Made by a program: the position numbers and the translations under genes. Positions 55,304-64,000 of a stretch of 64,000 nt of DNA are shown here, one piece after another (position 1 is the stretch's first letter; each line of letters starts with the position of its first letter). The notes beneath the pieces were generated by a model. It saw nothing but the letters and a program-made list of their open reading frames with translations. It was not told the origin of the DNA and did not search any database. Source of the DNA: an uncultured virus (IMG/VR IMGVR_UViG_3300049982_000206) (Duplodnaviria > Heunggongvirae > Uroviricota > Caudoviricetes); IMG/VR virus record IMGVR_UViG_3300049982_000206; one strand, given 5' to 3'.

Positions 55304-55905
55304 CAGACAGCCGCCTCTCGGGGTTCCGCGAACACCATGCCGTTGCTGAACTCGGTTGCGTCGAGCAATCGAACCCGGGGTGAGGTCGCCTTCTGCAACT
55401 CGGCGGATCGCTCGAACAGTGCGCCGGACTGGCGGCCAGGAGCCTCCCGGATGTCGACCAGGTGGAAACCTCGATCCAGGTAGTACTGGTGCAAGCCCGT
55501 GTTGGTGCGGTGGCAGTCCAGCCGGAGCCAAAGGTTCCGGTACAGCTCAACCTTGTTGCATGCCCAGTCGAGTAGCACGTCGCCAAGACCAGTCCCACGG
55601 GCAGTCGGGCCGGTGATGAACTTGTAGAGGTACATCGCGGGTTCGGCGAGTTCGGCTGGTGTCCAGAATTCGGGGTCACCTTCGCCGAGTGCGAGCGACG
55701 CGACCACGTAGCCGGCGTGGTCCTCGACGACGTACAGGCGCCCGTCGTTGAAGTGCTCGCGGATCACCCGGTCGCCTGTCTCGCTGCTGGTCCACTGCTC
55801 GATCCCGGCCGCGGCCATCCAGTCTTCGGCGTAGCGGCGAAGCTCGATGACGTCGTCAAGATCGTCAGGGCTGGCGGGTCGGATGCGGTACGTCGGTACG
55901 GTCAC
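55303..55905 (-). CDS. GNAT family acetyltransferase
   Basis: IRPA...GIEQW, RGTGLG..LLDWA, LRLDC..N..L..YY...GF. Confidence 0.88.
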   Translation of the reverse strand: MTVPTYRIRPASPDDLDDVIELRRYAEDWMAAAGIEQWTSSETGDRVIREHFNDGRLYVVEDHAGYVVASLALGEGDPEFWTPAELAEPAMYLYKFITGPTARGTGLGDVLLDWACNKVELYRNLWLRLDCHRTNTGLHQYYLDRGFHLVDIREAPGRQSGALFERSAELQKATSPRVRLLDATEFSNGMVFAEPREAAV

Positions 55906-56744
55906 AGCGAACCTCCGGTAGTTGGCAGACGGCGTTCCGGTACAGGCATTTCGTAGGTGATGACCTGGCGGTCCCCGGCCCAGGTCTGGACGAGGACTCT
56001 TACCCGGCGCCCAGACTGATCGACGCCGACGCGGGCGTGCTCTCCGAGCGGGGTTCCGGGGAGGAGGTCCATGAGTTCGACCTCCTCGTCGGTGGGCATG
56101 CGGACCTCGATCGAGTCGAGGAATCGGGTCTGGCGGAAGCCGAGGGCGTGGTAGATGCCGCCCGGCAGCGTGACGTCGGCGGTTGAGAGGAGTGGCGCGA
56201 CGCCGTCGACCTCCATCTCGGCGATGTCGTACGGCGTCCACGTGTCGGCGACCATCGCCATGATCCACTCGATGCCGTCATCGGGACGGGACACGTACCG
56301 CAGCCGACGGCGCCGTACGACGATCTCGCCGACTGGTAGTTGAAGCCAGGTCGCGACCTTCTCGGTCGCGGGTAGAACATCGACACCGGCGACCACCTGG
56401 CGGGGGACCCAGCCAGCAGCCTCGACGCCCTGTTTCCACTGGTCGCGGCCGGCGTCCGGGTCGTCGACGTAAGCGCCCAGCTCGAACTTGGACATATCGA
56501 ATGCGATCCGGGTACGCGAGCGAACCGTGCGGCCCGTACGCCCCGGCCCGCTGGACTTCACGAGACCGGCTTGCTCCAGCTGGGCGAGCGCCCGGCGAGC
56601 TGTGCCGCGGGACAGCTCGTACTTCTCCATCAGCTCCGGCTCGGTAGGGATCCGGTCACCGGGCAGCAAATCGCCGTGCTCGATTTGGTGCCGCAGGTCG
56701 TCATAGATCGCCTGCCACCGTGCCTCTGGCGCCACAGTCTCCAC
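55902..56744 (-). CDS. GntR/HutC-family regulator with UTRA domain (KorSA-like)
   Basis: IYDDLR..I..G...PGDRIPTE.EL...SRGTARRAL..L...GL; UTRA-like C-terminus. Confidence 0.92.
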   Translation of the reverse strand: METVAPEARWQAIYDDLRHQIEHGDLLPGDRIPTEPELMEKYELSRGTARRALAQLEQAGLVKSSGPGRTGRTVRSRTRIAFDMSKFELGAYVDDPDAGRDQWKQGVEAAGWVPRQVVAGVDVLPATEKVATWLQLPVGEIVVRRRRLRYVSRPDDGIEWIMAMVADTWTPYDIAEMEVDGVAPLLSTADVTLPGGIYHALGFRQTRFLDSIEVRMPTDEEVELMDLLPGTPLGEHARVGVDQSGRRVRVLVQTWAGDRQVITYEMPVPERRLPTTGGSL

Positions 56745-56861
56745 GTGTCCTCTCACTCCAAGTCCGGATACGTCCTGACGTTACCGGTCTTTGGTCTAGG
56801 CGTTCCGTTGCGATGCCTTCACAGGATGGTAGGTGACAAACGTCCGAACGTTGCGTACGGT

Positions 56862-56892
56862 ACGTCTATACGTTACACGCGCAACGCGTGTA
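56862..56892. promoter_or_regulatory. putative GntR operator and adjacent inverted repeat
   Basis: ACGTCTATACGT contains HutC-type GTnTAnAC; TACACGCG-CAA-CGCGTGTA follows. Confidence 0.55.
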
Positions 56893-56917
56893 GTGACCAC
56901 CAGTTAGGGAGTGCGAA

Positions 56918-57169
56918 ATGAGCTACGTGCAACGGCTCGAACTGACCCTGCGACACAGGGGCAGCAACGAGCAGTTCACGCCCGTTCAGATCGCAGCCAA
57001 CCCCGAAGACATCGTCACGTTGCAGGAGCAGCTCAGGGAGATCGCCAAAGACCAGGACGGCCGCAAGTACCACGGCTGGCCCTGGCAGCACGAGTACGTG
57101 CTCCGCGTCGTCTGCCTCGACAGCCCCTGGATCGACCCGTTCGAGATCGCCGGAGAGGACCTGGAATGA
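56918..57169 (+). CDS. hypothetical protein
   Basis: AGGGAG RBS. Confidence 0.6.
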   Translation: MSYVQRLELTLRHRGSNEQFTPVQIAANPEDIVTLQEQLREIAKDQDGRKYHGWPWQHEYVLRVVCLDSPWIDPFEIAGEDLE

Positions 57170-57444
57170 CCGTCGCCTCCGTTACCCCGATCGCCTCGAT
57201 GCGCCAGAAAAAGCCGCGCCGGTCCGAAGCGAAAGTGGCTCGCGCTGAAGAGCGGCTGACGGAGGCAGTCGGAAAGGCCACGACCCCAAGCCAGGTCGTC
57301 GCCACCGCCTTCGACTACCTCCGAATCGCACTCGCTGGCCTCACCCAGACAGACCCCAACGCTGCAGCAACCGCCGCGTGGCAGATCCACCAGGAGCTGA
57401 AAGACCACGCCAACCAGATCATCGCGGAGGTGAAAACCCGATGA
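57166..57444 (+). CDS. hypothetical helical protein
   Basis: Coupled; AFDYLR motif. Confidence 0.6.
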   Translation: MTVASVTPIASMRQKKPRRSEAKVARAEERLTEAVGKATTPSQVVATAFDYLRIALAGLTQTDPNAAATAAWQIHQELKDHANQIIAEVKTR

Positions 57445-57854
57445 GCACTCCCGAACCCGCCACCCCGGCCATCCAGGACGTAGTGACCGCCCCGAACGTC
57501 ACCCCGATCCGCGGCCGAACTTCCACCGCGCTCGCTCCCGTTCCCCACAACGAGACTGCCCTCGTGCCTGCAAACGAGCCCGGCAAGATCCTCAGCGGGC
57601 TCACGGAGCGCGCGCCGGCGATCTGGTCGGAGCGGCGTCCCTCCCTCGCTGAGATCCGGGAGTACGGCCGGAATGGGCAGTACACCGGCGAGAACGGCGC
57701 CATCCGACGCCTTGGCCAGGCGTACGCCTGGTTCGTTCTCATGGTCACCGCTGGCGGCTACTACGTCCTCTGGGTGATCCAGCATCCCGCACGCCTTGCC
57801 GTCGCGACCGTCATCGCGACGCTCTTTGCCCTCACCCTCCACTCGATCTTCTGA
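57441..57854 (+). CDS. Spd-like membrane protein
   Basis: RRPSLAEI...W..QHPARL plus TM segments; transfer-operon context. Confidence 0.6.
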   Translation: MSTPEPATPAIQDVVTAPNVTPIRGRTSTALAPVPHNETALVPANEPGKILSGLTERAPAIWSERRPSLAEIREYGRNGQYTGENGAIRRLGQAYAWFVLMVTAGGYYVLWVIQHPARLAVATVIATLFALTLHSIF

Positions 57855-57871
57855 CCAGGAAGGACCTCACC

Positions 57872-58327
57872 GTGAATGCAGCCGGAACATTTACTGCGAC
57901 GGGTGTGGCCGCCATCGCGGCGATCCTCGCGCTCTACTTCCACCGCAAAAAGGTGTGGCCGAAGACGATCATCGTTCTCGGACTCCTCGCCGGTATCGGC
58001 GCCGCAGGCGCTTTCGGACGCGGCCTGGACTGGCTCGGCAAGCAGATGGCCAAGGGCACTGCCAACGCCACGGCCACCGTCTTCGGCATCGTCGTGCCGG
58101 GCGCCTTGGCATGCGTCATGCTGCTCGCGCTCTTCTTTGCGCTCAAGCCAAAGGGTCCCGGTCCGACGAAGTGGTCATTCCCGATCGCTGTGCTCCTGGT
58201 GCCGGTCCTCCTGGCCGTCGGCGGGATCTTCGGAGATCTCGGAGGAGGCCTGCAAGACGGTTTCGCGGCCGTAGTCCCCGCCACTCTGAATGGCGTCAGC
58301 GACGCCGTCGCCAGCTTCCGGAGGTAA
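57872..58327 (+). CDS. multi-TM Spd-like membrane protein
   Basis: Four hydrophobic segments. Confidence 0.65.
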   Translation: MNAAGTFTATGVAAIAAILALYFHRKKVWPKTIIVLGLLAGIGAAGAFGRGLDWLGKQMAKGTANATATVFGIVVPGALACVMLLALFFALKPKGPGPTKWSFPIAVLLVPVLLAVGGIFGDLGGGLQDGFAAVVPATLNGVSDAVASFRR

Positions 58328-58333
58328 CGCCCC

Positions 58334-59701
58334 ATGGACCCGATCTTGATGATCATCGTGCTGTCGCTCGCCGCCAAGTACGCCGGAAGCGACATCCTGT
58401 ACGCGCTACGCGGCAAGGCGAACCCCCGGCACGAGACCGTCGCTCAAACCCGCTCGGCGCGCGCCACAGCGCGCGCCACGCGCGCCACGGCACGCGCTGC
58501 CAAGTCAAAGGCGCGGCTCGCTCGGGTCCAGCAGCGTACCGAGCGGCGCGCCAACAGCGCGCTGAAGCGCTATTGGGACGTGCTCAAGGAAGACGCCGTC
58601 GAGGACGCGATCGACGCTCACAAGCGGCACCGCGCGCACAAGCACGAGCGCATCGAGAAGCGCGAGGCCGCGCGCGCCGGGCTGCGTGACGGCGCGCCGG
58701 AAGAGACCCCGGGCGACACTGAGGCCGCGCGCGGCGCCGCGCGCATCTACTTCATGAACCGCGTCAACGAGGCGCGGCGCGCGGCGGCCAAGCGTTGGGA
58801 GGCCGGCTGGCAACGCATGGAGGAGAACGCGCAGGCGAACAAGTTCAAGACTCCCGCGCCTGGCGACGTTGTACCGGGCACGGTTGTTTCCTCCGAAGAC
58901 GACACCACCGACCCGGAACCGGCTCCGCGGCCCCAGGATCAGCCGCGGTCTGACCAGACCTCGGCGGCCACCTCTACGGAGCCTGAGACGCCGACTGCCG
59001 ATGTGCAGCACGAGTTCGGCTGGGTTCGCACCCAGTACAACGGCGTCTACATCCCGCTGGCGGCGCAGCGGCCCTGCCCCAGGGGCGAGTGCGACGGGTT
59101 ACTGACCCCCGAGGGCGAGATCCACGCCGACGAGGGCGACGGCGCCGGCATGGTCAACACGGTTTGCAACAAGGGCTGCGGCATCTCGTCTGGGCACTCC
59201 TGGACGTTCGACGACTGGGAGTACCAGTCCATCTTCGGTCACGCCTTCGACGCTGAGATCGCCGATCACGATGACGATGCCTACGCCGTCCCGTACGTCG
59301 CCGACGCGATGCGCGTCGAACAGCGCCTCCACACAGACTCATCCGCCGCCGGACCTTCCGGAGCGGACTTCCACCACCCCACCACCGAAGGGAACCCTGA
59401 AATGACCAACGCCCCGACCGAGGTCACTGGCCTCACCTCCGCCATCAGCAACTCCAACCTCTCGGCCGAGAACGCCCGCAACGCGGCGGACGGCCTCGAA
59501 CTCACCATCGCCGGGCTTGAAGCTGGCGGCACGACCGGTCCGGCGATCAGCCACCTGAACATGGCGAGGGAGGCCCTGAACGCTGCAGCGGGGCACTTCG
59601 ACAACGCCGCCCAGGAACTCGGCGGCGGCCTCGGAGTCAGGGACGCGTACGCCGCGACGGGCGGCAACGCGGGCAGCAAGGAGTTCGTCACAGCCGACTA
59701 G
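58334..59701 (+). CDS. transfer-operon protein with N-terminal TM and C-terminal helical hairpin
   Basis: Directly upstream of FtsK-like gene. Confidence 0.65.
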   Translation: MDPILMIIVLSLAAKYAGSDILYALRGKANPRHETVAQTRSARATARATRATARAAKSKARLARVQQRTERRANSALKRYWDVLKEDAVEDAIDAHKRHRAHKHERIEKREAARAGLRDGAPEETPGDTEAARGAARIYFMNRVNEARRAAAKRWEAGWQRMEENAQANKFKTPAPGDVVPGTVVSSEDDTTDPEPAPRPQDQPRSDQTSAATSTEPETPTADVQHEFGWVRTQYNGVYIPLAAQRPCPRGECDGLLTPEGEIHADEGDGAGMVNTVCNKGCGISSGHSWTFDDWEYQSIFGHAFDAEIADHDDDAYAVPYVADAMRVEQRLHTDSSAAGPSGADFHHPTTEGNPEMTNAPTEVTGLTSAISNSNLSAENARNAADGLELTIAGLEAGGTTGPAISHLNMAREALNAAAGHFDNAAQELGGGLGVRDAYAATGGNAGSKEFVTAD

Positions 59702-59806
59702 CCCGGTCGGTATCACCACTTCCCCTAGGCCCCGGCCCGCGTCGAGAGATCCGGGTCGGGGCCCGCTCTTTGCCCTCACCACACCACTCAACGGAAGGCA
59801 GGACCC

Positions 59807-61921
59807 ATGAGCCGACGATCAGAAGAGCGGACCGCGACCCTGGTGGCGACTGCAGTCCGCGAGGCAGCCCGCGAGTTCGAGAACGCCAAGCAGATAATCG
59901 ACCCCACCGAGGCGGAAGAGATCCGCGATGCGGCGGCCAAACTCCGCGAGCAACGCCGTACCGGCCGAATGATCTACCGCCTCCGCCGCCACCTCTACCC
60001 CTGGAAGGCGGCAGCGGCCCTCCTAGCTGCCACGGCACTCCTGTGGGGGATCGGCCTGTTCGCGCCTACCGTCGCCGTACTGGGCGGCGTACTAGTCGCT
60101 GGCCTCGCCGCTGGCGGAGGACTCATCTGGGCAAAGCGAGCCGGCCAATGGGCAACCCGGGTGAAGGTCGGGGGAGTGGTTGCAGCACTCTGGGTGCTCG
60201 GCGCTGCGGTGACGGGGCCGTCCTGGATGGCGCTCTTTAGCTTGGCTCTCTCGGTCGTCTGTGTTTCGGCCGGCTACTGGCGGGCAACCCCGATCGGGAT
60301 CAAGAACGACGAAGACGACGAAGGCCCGATCCGCGTCGAGTCGGTTGTCCAGCTCTGGAGACAGTTCGTCGCGAACCAGAACGGCGCACTGCCGGAGTCG
60401 ATTCTGTTTGGAGAGGACACCAAGACCGACTCCAACCTGGTCACCTACACCGTGCAGCTTCGGCGAGGTCGCGAGACGGTGGGGACCGCACTCGGCAAGG
60501 TCGGCCAGATCGCGTCCGCGATCGACATTCCGGCACGGAACTTCCTGGTCGAGCCGCACCCGAACGAGTCTCCATCGCAGCTACGGCTGACCATCGTGAA
60601 GCAGTCGCCAATTGCCAAAACGGTTGAGTACCAAGGTCCCCGGACTAGTGGCGGTGTGATCCTTCCCGGCGCATGGGAGGACGAAAGCGTCCCGCTGCCC
60701 GACCCTGCACTGATCCACATCGGACCGTACGCCGACGGCAAGGGATACGCCCCCTGGAGGATCTGGACCCCTGGTGAGAAGCCCAACGACGGGTCCGCGT
60801 GGGGAGGCTTCATCGGCGGAGGCATGGGCGCTGGTAAGTCCCGCACGCTCGAAGTGCTCTGCATCGGAGCCATGTCGTTCGGGTTCACGGAGACCTGGTT
60901 CCTTGACCCGCAGAACGGTGCGTCTTCCCCCGCACTGAAAGAGGCCGCCGACTGGTACGGCGATCTCGGTGATGCCGGAGACCTCCTGGAAGGGCTAGAA
61001 GGCTTCATCGACATGCGCGGTAAAGAGATGGGCTACCAGGGGTGGCAGGGATTCGACCCGTCTCCTGAGCGGCCGCTCCTGCACGTGGTGATTGACGAGT
61101 GCCACGAGGTGTTCGGCATCAAGGAACAACAAGACCGCTGGGTCGATGTCTCCCGAAAGATCCGCAAGGTCGGTGGCGCGATCACCTGTCTGTCGCAGTA
61201 CTTCGGCGTCAAAACGTTCGGCGGCCGGGAGGAACTCCGGTCCTCACAGTACGGCGGCAACATCATCGTCATGCGGACCGAGTCCAAGCATCAGGGGCAG
61301 CTAATTCCCAACCTCGACCTGGACCCACTTTCGCTCCCGCCGAAGCCTGGCTACGGCATCACTGTCGCCCGCGGTGGCAGCGTAGCCCGGACCGCGATGT
61401 ACCGCGCCGAGTACGTAAAGGACCCTGCGGCGTGGCTGCGGACCTTCCCGGGGCCAGGGCTGGACAAACTCGCCTCGGCTGGCGCTGGCGACCTCTATCT
61501 CGAACGCCACGCGCGTGCCGAGGAGAAGCGCAACGGGCTCCGAGAGTCGATCGAACTGGTTCTGGCTGGCGGCAAACTGCCATCCACCCGGGACAAGCAG
61601 CCGACGCCGCAAACCGCCTCTGCGACCACCCAGCCGGCCAGCACCTGGTTCAAGCCAGTCGACTGGGGGAAGCCGCTGCTGGTCGTGGACAACACGAAGG
61701 AGAAGGCTGCCGACGAGATCACCGGCGACAGCGCCCGCGAGGTCATCCTGTCGTTCCTGCGAGTTCACGGGCAGGGGAAGAAGGAAGCGCTGCAGGCGGC
61801 TGCCGACGTCTCCGAGACCCGCACGCGGCAGGTGCTGAACAAGTTGATCCAGCAGGGTCACGTGATCCGCGCTGACCATGGCTGGTACCGCCTGGCGCCG
61901 GCAAAGCAGCCGGTCCGATGA
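59807..61921 (+). CDS. FtsK/SpoIIIE-like conjugal DNA translocase (TraB-like)
   Basis: N-terminal TMs; GGMGAGKS; DPQNGAS; HVVIDECH; RKVG...SQ; C-terminal winged helix. Confidence 0.85.
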   Translation: MSRRSEERTATLVATAVREAAREFENAKQIIDPTEAEEIRDAAAKLREQRRTGRMIYRLRRHLYPWKAAAALLAATALLWGIGLFAPTVAVLGGVLVAGLAAGGGLIWAKRAGQWATRVKVGGVVAALWVLGAAVTGPSWMALFSLALSVVCVSAGYWRATPIGIKNDEDDEGPIRVESVVQLWRQFVANQNGALPESILFGEDTKTDSNLVTYTVQLRRGRETVGTALGKVGQIASAIDIPARNFLVEPHPNESPSQLRLTIVKQSPIAKTVEYQGPRTSGGVILPGAWEDESVPLPDPALIHIGPYADGKGYAPWRIWTPGEKPNDGSAWGGFIGGGMGAGKSRTLEVLCIGAMSFGFTETWFLDPQNGASSPALKEAADWYGDLGDAGDLLEGLEGFIDMRGKEMGYQGWQGFDPSPERPLLHVVIDECHEVFGIKEQQDRWVDVSRKIRKVGGAITCLSQYFGVKTFGGREELRSSQYGGNIIVMRTESKHQGQLIPNLDLDPLSLPPKPGYGITVARGGSVARTAMYRAEYVKDPAAWLRTFPGPGLDKLASAGAGDLYLERHARAEEKRNGLRESIELVLAGGKLPSTRDKQPTPQTASATTQPASTWFKPVDWGKPLLVVDNTKEKAADEITGDSAREVILSFLRVHGQGKKEALQAAADVSETRTRQVLNKLIQQGHVIRADHGWYRLAPAKQPVR

Positions 61922-61995
61922 CGTTCCGGAGCCAATCGGGAGACACGCCGTGACAACGCGCCGCGCGCCGCGCGATACGCACCTATCGTGGCGCC

Positions 61996-62238
61996 ATGAC
62001 CCCACCACGAGACATGGCTGCGCTCGAAGCTGCCAAGGCCGAGGCGCTCGCCTCGATGGAGAGCCTGGAGAAGAACAAGGCGGCCGTGCAGCACGACATC
62101 GAGAAGCGCGACGTCGCGATCCTCAGGATGAACCGGGCCGGCCAGAAACCGCCGGACATTGCGCGCGACCTCAGCCTCCCGATCAGCACCGTTCGACAGG
62201 CCATCAAGAACGCGATCGTCCGTTCGAACAGGGGCTGA
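61996..62238 (+). CDS. small HTH protein
   Basis: GQKPPDIARDLSLPISTVRQ. Confidence 0.65.
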   Translation: MTPPRDMAALEAAKAEALASMESLEKNKAAVQHDIEKRDVAILRMNRAGQKPPDIARDLSLPISTVRQAIKNAIVRSNRG

Positions 62239-62378
62239 CCATCCTTCCGCCGCAGCAACACCCCGAGCCCGGCTGCCTCCCACACTTCGGCAGCAGCCCG
62301 CGCAACGCTGGAATCGCGGACAGCCAGCTATCTCGCCTCCGCGCGACGAGCAACCGCGCAACCGACTAGGAGACCCCC

Positions 62379-63788
62379 ATGAACGCCACCAACGGCCTCG
62401 ACCAGTGGGCCAAGGACCACAACTGGGCGCTGATCATCACCGGGCTCGTTGTCGTCCTGGTCGCCTCGGTGCTGGTCGTCCGCGCACTCCGCCGCGCCAA
62501 CGCCGTACGGAACGGGCTGACGGCCGAGCAGCGTGACACCCGCCAACGCCGGATCGAAGATGCCGCGACCATCGCTGTCGCGCTAGTCGCCTCCGGTCTC
62601 TCGCTCACCGGCCTGATGAAGTACGCCGAAGACGTCCTGGGACTGAAGGAACTGCCGCTGAACCTGCTGCCGTACTTCGGCCTGGACGCGGCCGTCATCG
62701 TCTGCGCGATCCGCGCTCGCCGACGTTCGCGTAACAACGAGTCCAGCGGATGGAACGGTCGGCTCGTGTGGGTCTTCGCGGTCATCTCGGCCACGTTCGG
62801 GTACTCCGAAGGGCACAGCGTATGGAGCGGGCTGGGTCGGGCCGTGTGGCCGCTGATCGCTGCCACCCTCTTCGAGTTGGGCCTGATCGAGCAGCGTCAC
62901 GCAGCGCAGCGCGACGTGAAGCGTCGGCTCAACCTCGGCTGGGCACACCCCCTCGAACGGTTGCGCGTCTACTCGATCCTGTCCGCCGACTCCAACCTCT
63001 CCGCCGATGAGGCCACCCACGAGGTACGCGTCAATGCAGCCGCCAAGGCCATGAACCGCCTCCGCAACGCAGACGCTGCGGCAGTGTCAGGCGGCCGGAT
63101 TGCCCGCGCGAAACTCCGCCGTGTCGAGCACCGCACCCAGCGGGTGCTCTTGCGCGCGAAGTTCTCCGACCCGCAGGTCGCCGCCGAGGTGCTGCAGCGC
63201 ACCCAGGCCATGGTCCGGACGCGCGACTTCGCGCGCATGGACTACAGCGCGCTGGACGACGCGCGCGCCATGCTGAGCGACGCGATCGACCACACCGTCG
63301 TGTCGAGCCATCCCAAGCGGCCCCGCCCGGCACCGCGCCGGCCCGAGCAGAAAACACTGGACAGCGCGCCGAGCCGGACCGCGGCACCGGCTCCGCAGAC
63401 CTCCGCGCCTGCACCGGCCGCGCGTCAGCCCGAGCAGGAGATCGCTCCGGCCGTCGCCGAGCAGGTGCCGAGCGCGCGCGCGATGGAAGACCAGGGCGCG
63501 CGCGACCCGCGCTCGATCGTCGAAGACATCACGCGCGAGATGATCGCCGAGGACGACAGAGACAAGCCCGACGCGGCCGAGGTACGGCGGCGCGCAGGGT
63601 TCGGCCCCACCGACAAACCCGTCCCGGCCACCGTCCGGAACTGGGTCAAGACCGTCTGGGAGCAGCACCTCGAAGACCGCGAGCGCGTGCAGCGGGAAGA
63701 CGCGCGCGCCGAGGTCCACCTGGCCGACCCGCTCGCCGAAGACGAGTTCGGTGACGCGCCCCGCGCGCGTCACGCCGGCGCCGCCTAA
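62379..63788 (+). CDS. DUF2637/SpdA-like membrane protein
   Basis: Several TMs, LP..LD, P..A..LFE; C-terminal HTH-like region. Confidence 0.65.
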   Translation: MNATNGLDQWAKDHNWALIITGLVVVLVASVLVVRALRRANAVRNGLTAEQRDTRQRRIEDAATIAVALVASGLSLTGLMKYAEDVLGLKELPLNLLPYFGLDAAVIVCAIRARRRSRNNESSGWNGRLVWVFAVISATFGYSEGHSVWSGLGRAVWPLIAATLFELGLIEQRHAAQRDVKRRLNLGWAHPLERLRVYSILSADSNLSADEATHEVRVNAAAKAMNRLRNADAAAVSGGRIARAKLRRVEHRTQRVLLRAKFSDPQVAAEVLQRTQAMVRTRDFARMDYSALDDARAMLSDAIDHTVVSSHPKRPRPAPRRPEQKTLDSAPSRTAAPAPQTSAPAPAARQPEQEIAPAVAEQVPSARAMEDQGARDPRSIVEDITREMIAEDDRDKPDAAEVRRRAGFGPTDKPVPATVRNWVKTVWEQHLEDRERVQREDARAEVHLADPLAEDEFGDAPRARHAGAA

Positions 63789-63807
63789 CCAGCGCGCTAG
63801 ACAGACC

Positions 63808-63837
63808 GAAGCCCCCGAGTCCACACTCGGGGGCTTC
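63808..63837. terminator. bidirectional stem-loop
   Basis: GAAGCCCCCGAGT...ACTCGGGGGCTTC. Confidence 0.75.
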
Positions 63838-63838
63838 G

Positions 63839-64000
63839 TCATGTAGCGGTGTCGACGTCCTCCGCGTCTGGAGGCTCCGCGCTGCCCCGGAGCGCGGCCC
63901 GCCCCTCCGTGATCTGTCGGTAGGCGCTGTTCTTAGACGCCGCTGCCCTGATGGCCGCCGCCGTGGCAGTCAGGTAGATCTGGGTGGTCTGCAGCGACGC
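63839..64000 (-). CDS. tyrosine recombinase/integrase, C-terminal end (runs off window)
   Basis: Minus strand from 64000 reads ASLQTTQIYLTAT..., the catalytic Tyr box; TGA ends at 63839. Confidence 0.75.
   Translation of the reverse strand, partial: ASLQTTQIYLTATAAAIRAAASKNSAYRQITEGRAALRGSAEPPDAEDVDTAT

Noticed and set aside
61922..62378. Classical clt locus (8-bp direct repeats) next to the TraB-like gene
   Set aside because: No clear tandem 8-mer array found by eye

Overview
High-GC actinobacterial temperate siphophage-like element, probably a phage-plasmid or phage/AICE hybrid. Left to right: small genes and a VRR-NUC nuclease; terminase; portal-MuF fusion; a 3041-aa DarB-like methyltransferase/SF2 helicase with a TnpV-like gene overprinted inside it; an HK97-type prohead protease fused to a 2H phosphoesterase, followed by an Acb2/Tad1-like small protein; major capsid; head-tail and tail genes with a frameshifted chaperone and an NlpC/P60-bearing tape measure; holin-like genes with no recognisable endolysin; RecT-like, Cas4-like, WhiB, replication initiator (internal iterons) and DnaC-like genes; a KorSA-like GntR + GNAT operon divergent from a Streptomyces-type transfer module (FtsK/TraB, Spd-like membrane proteins); and the 3' end of a tyrosine recombinase. 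Patterns read directly from the sequence: a 19-copy promoter motif (CGACGCGACVYTAAC-N13-nAnnnT), two structured non-coding units each with its own copy of that promoter, a third candidate ncRNA, a second 16-bp motif in 4 copies, a shared leader + micro-ORF in front of three nuclease genes, and discrete CGCGCG-rich patches. Family assignments come from motif recognition by eye; no searches were run.
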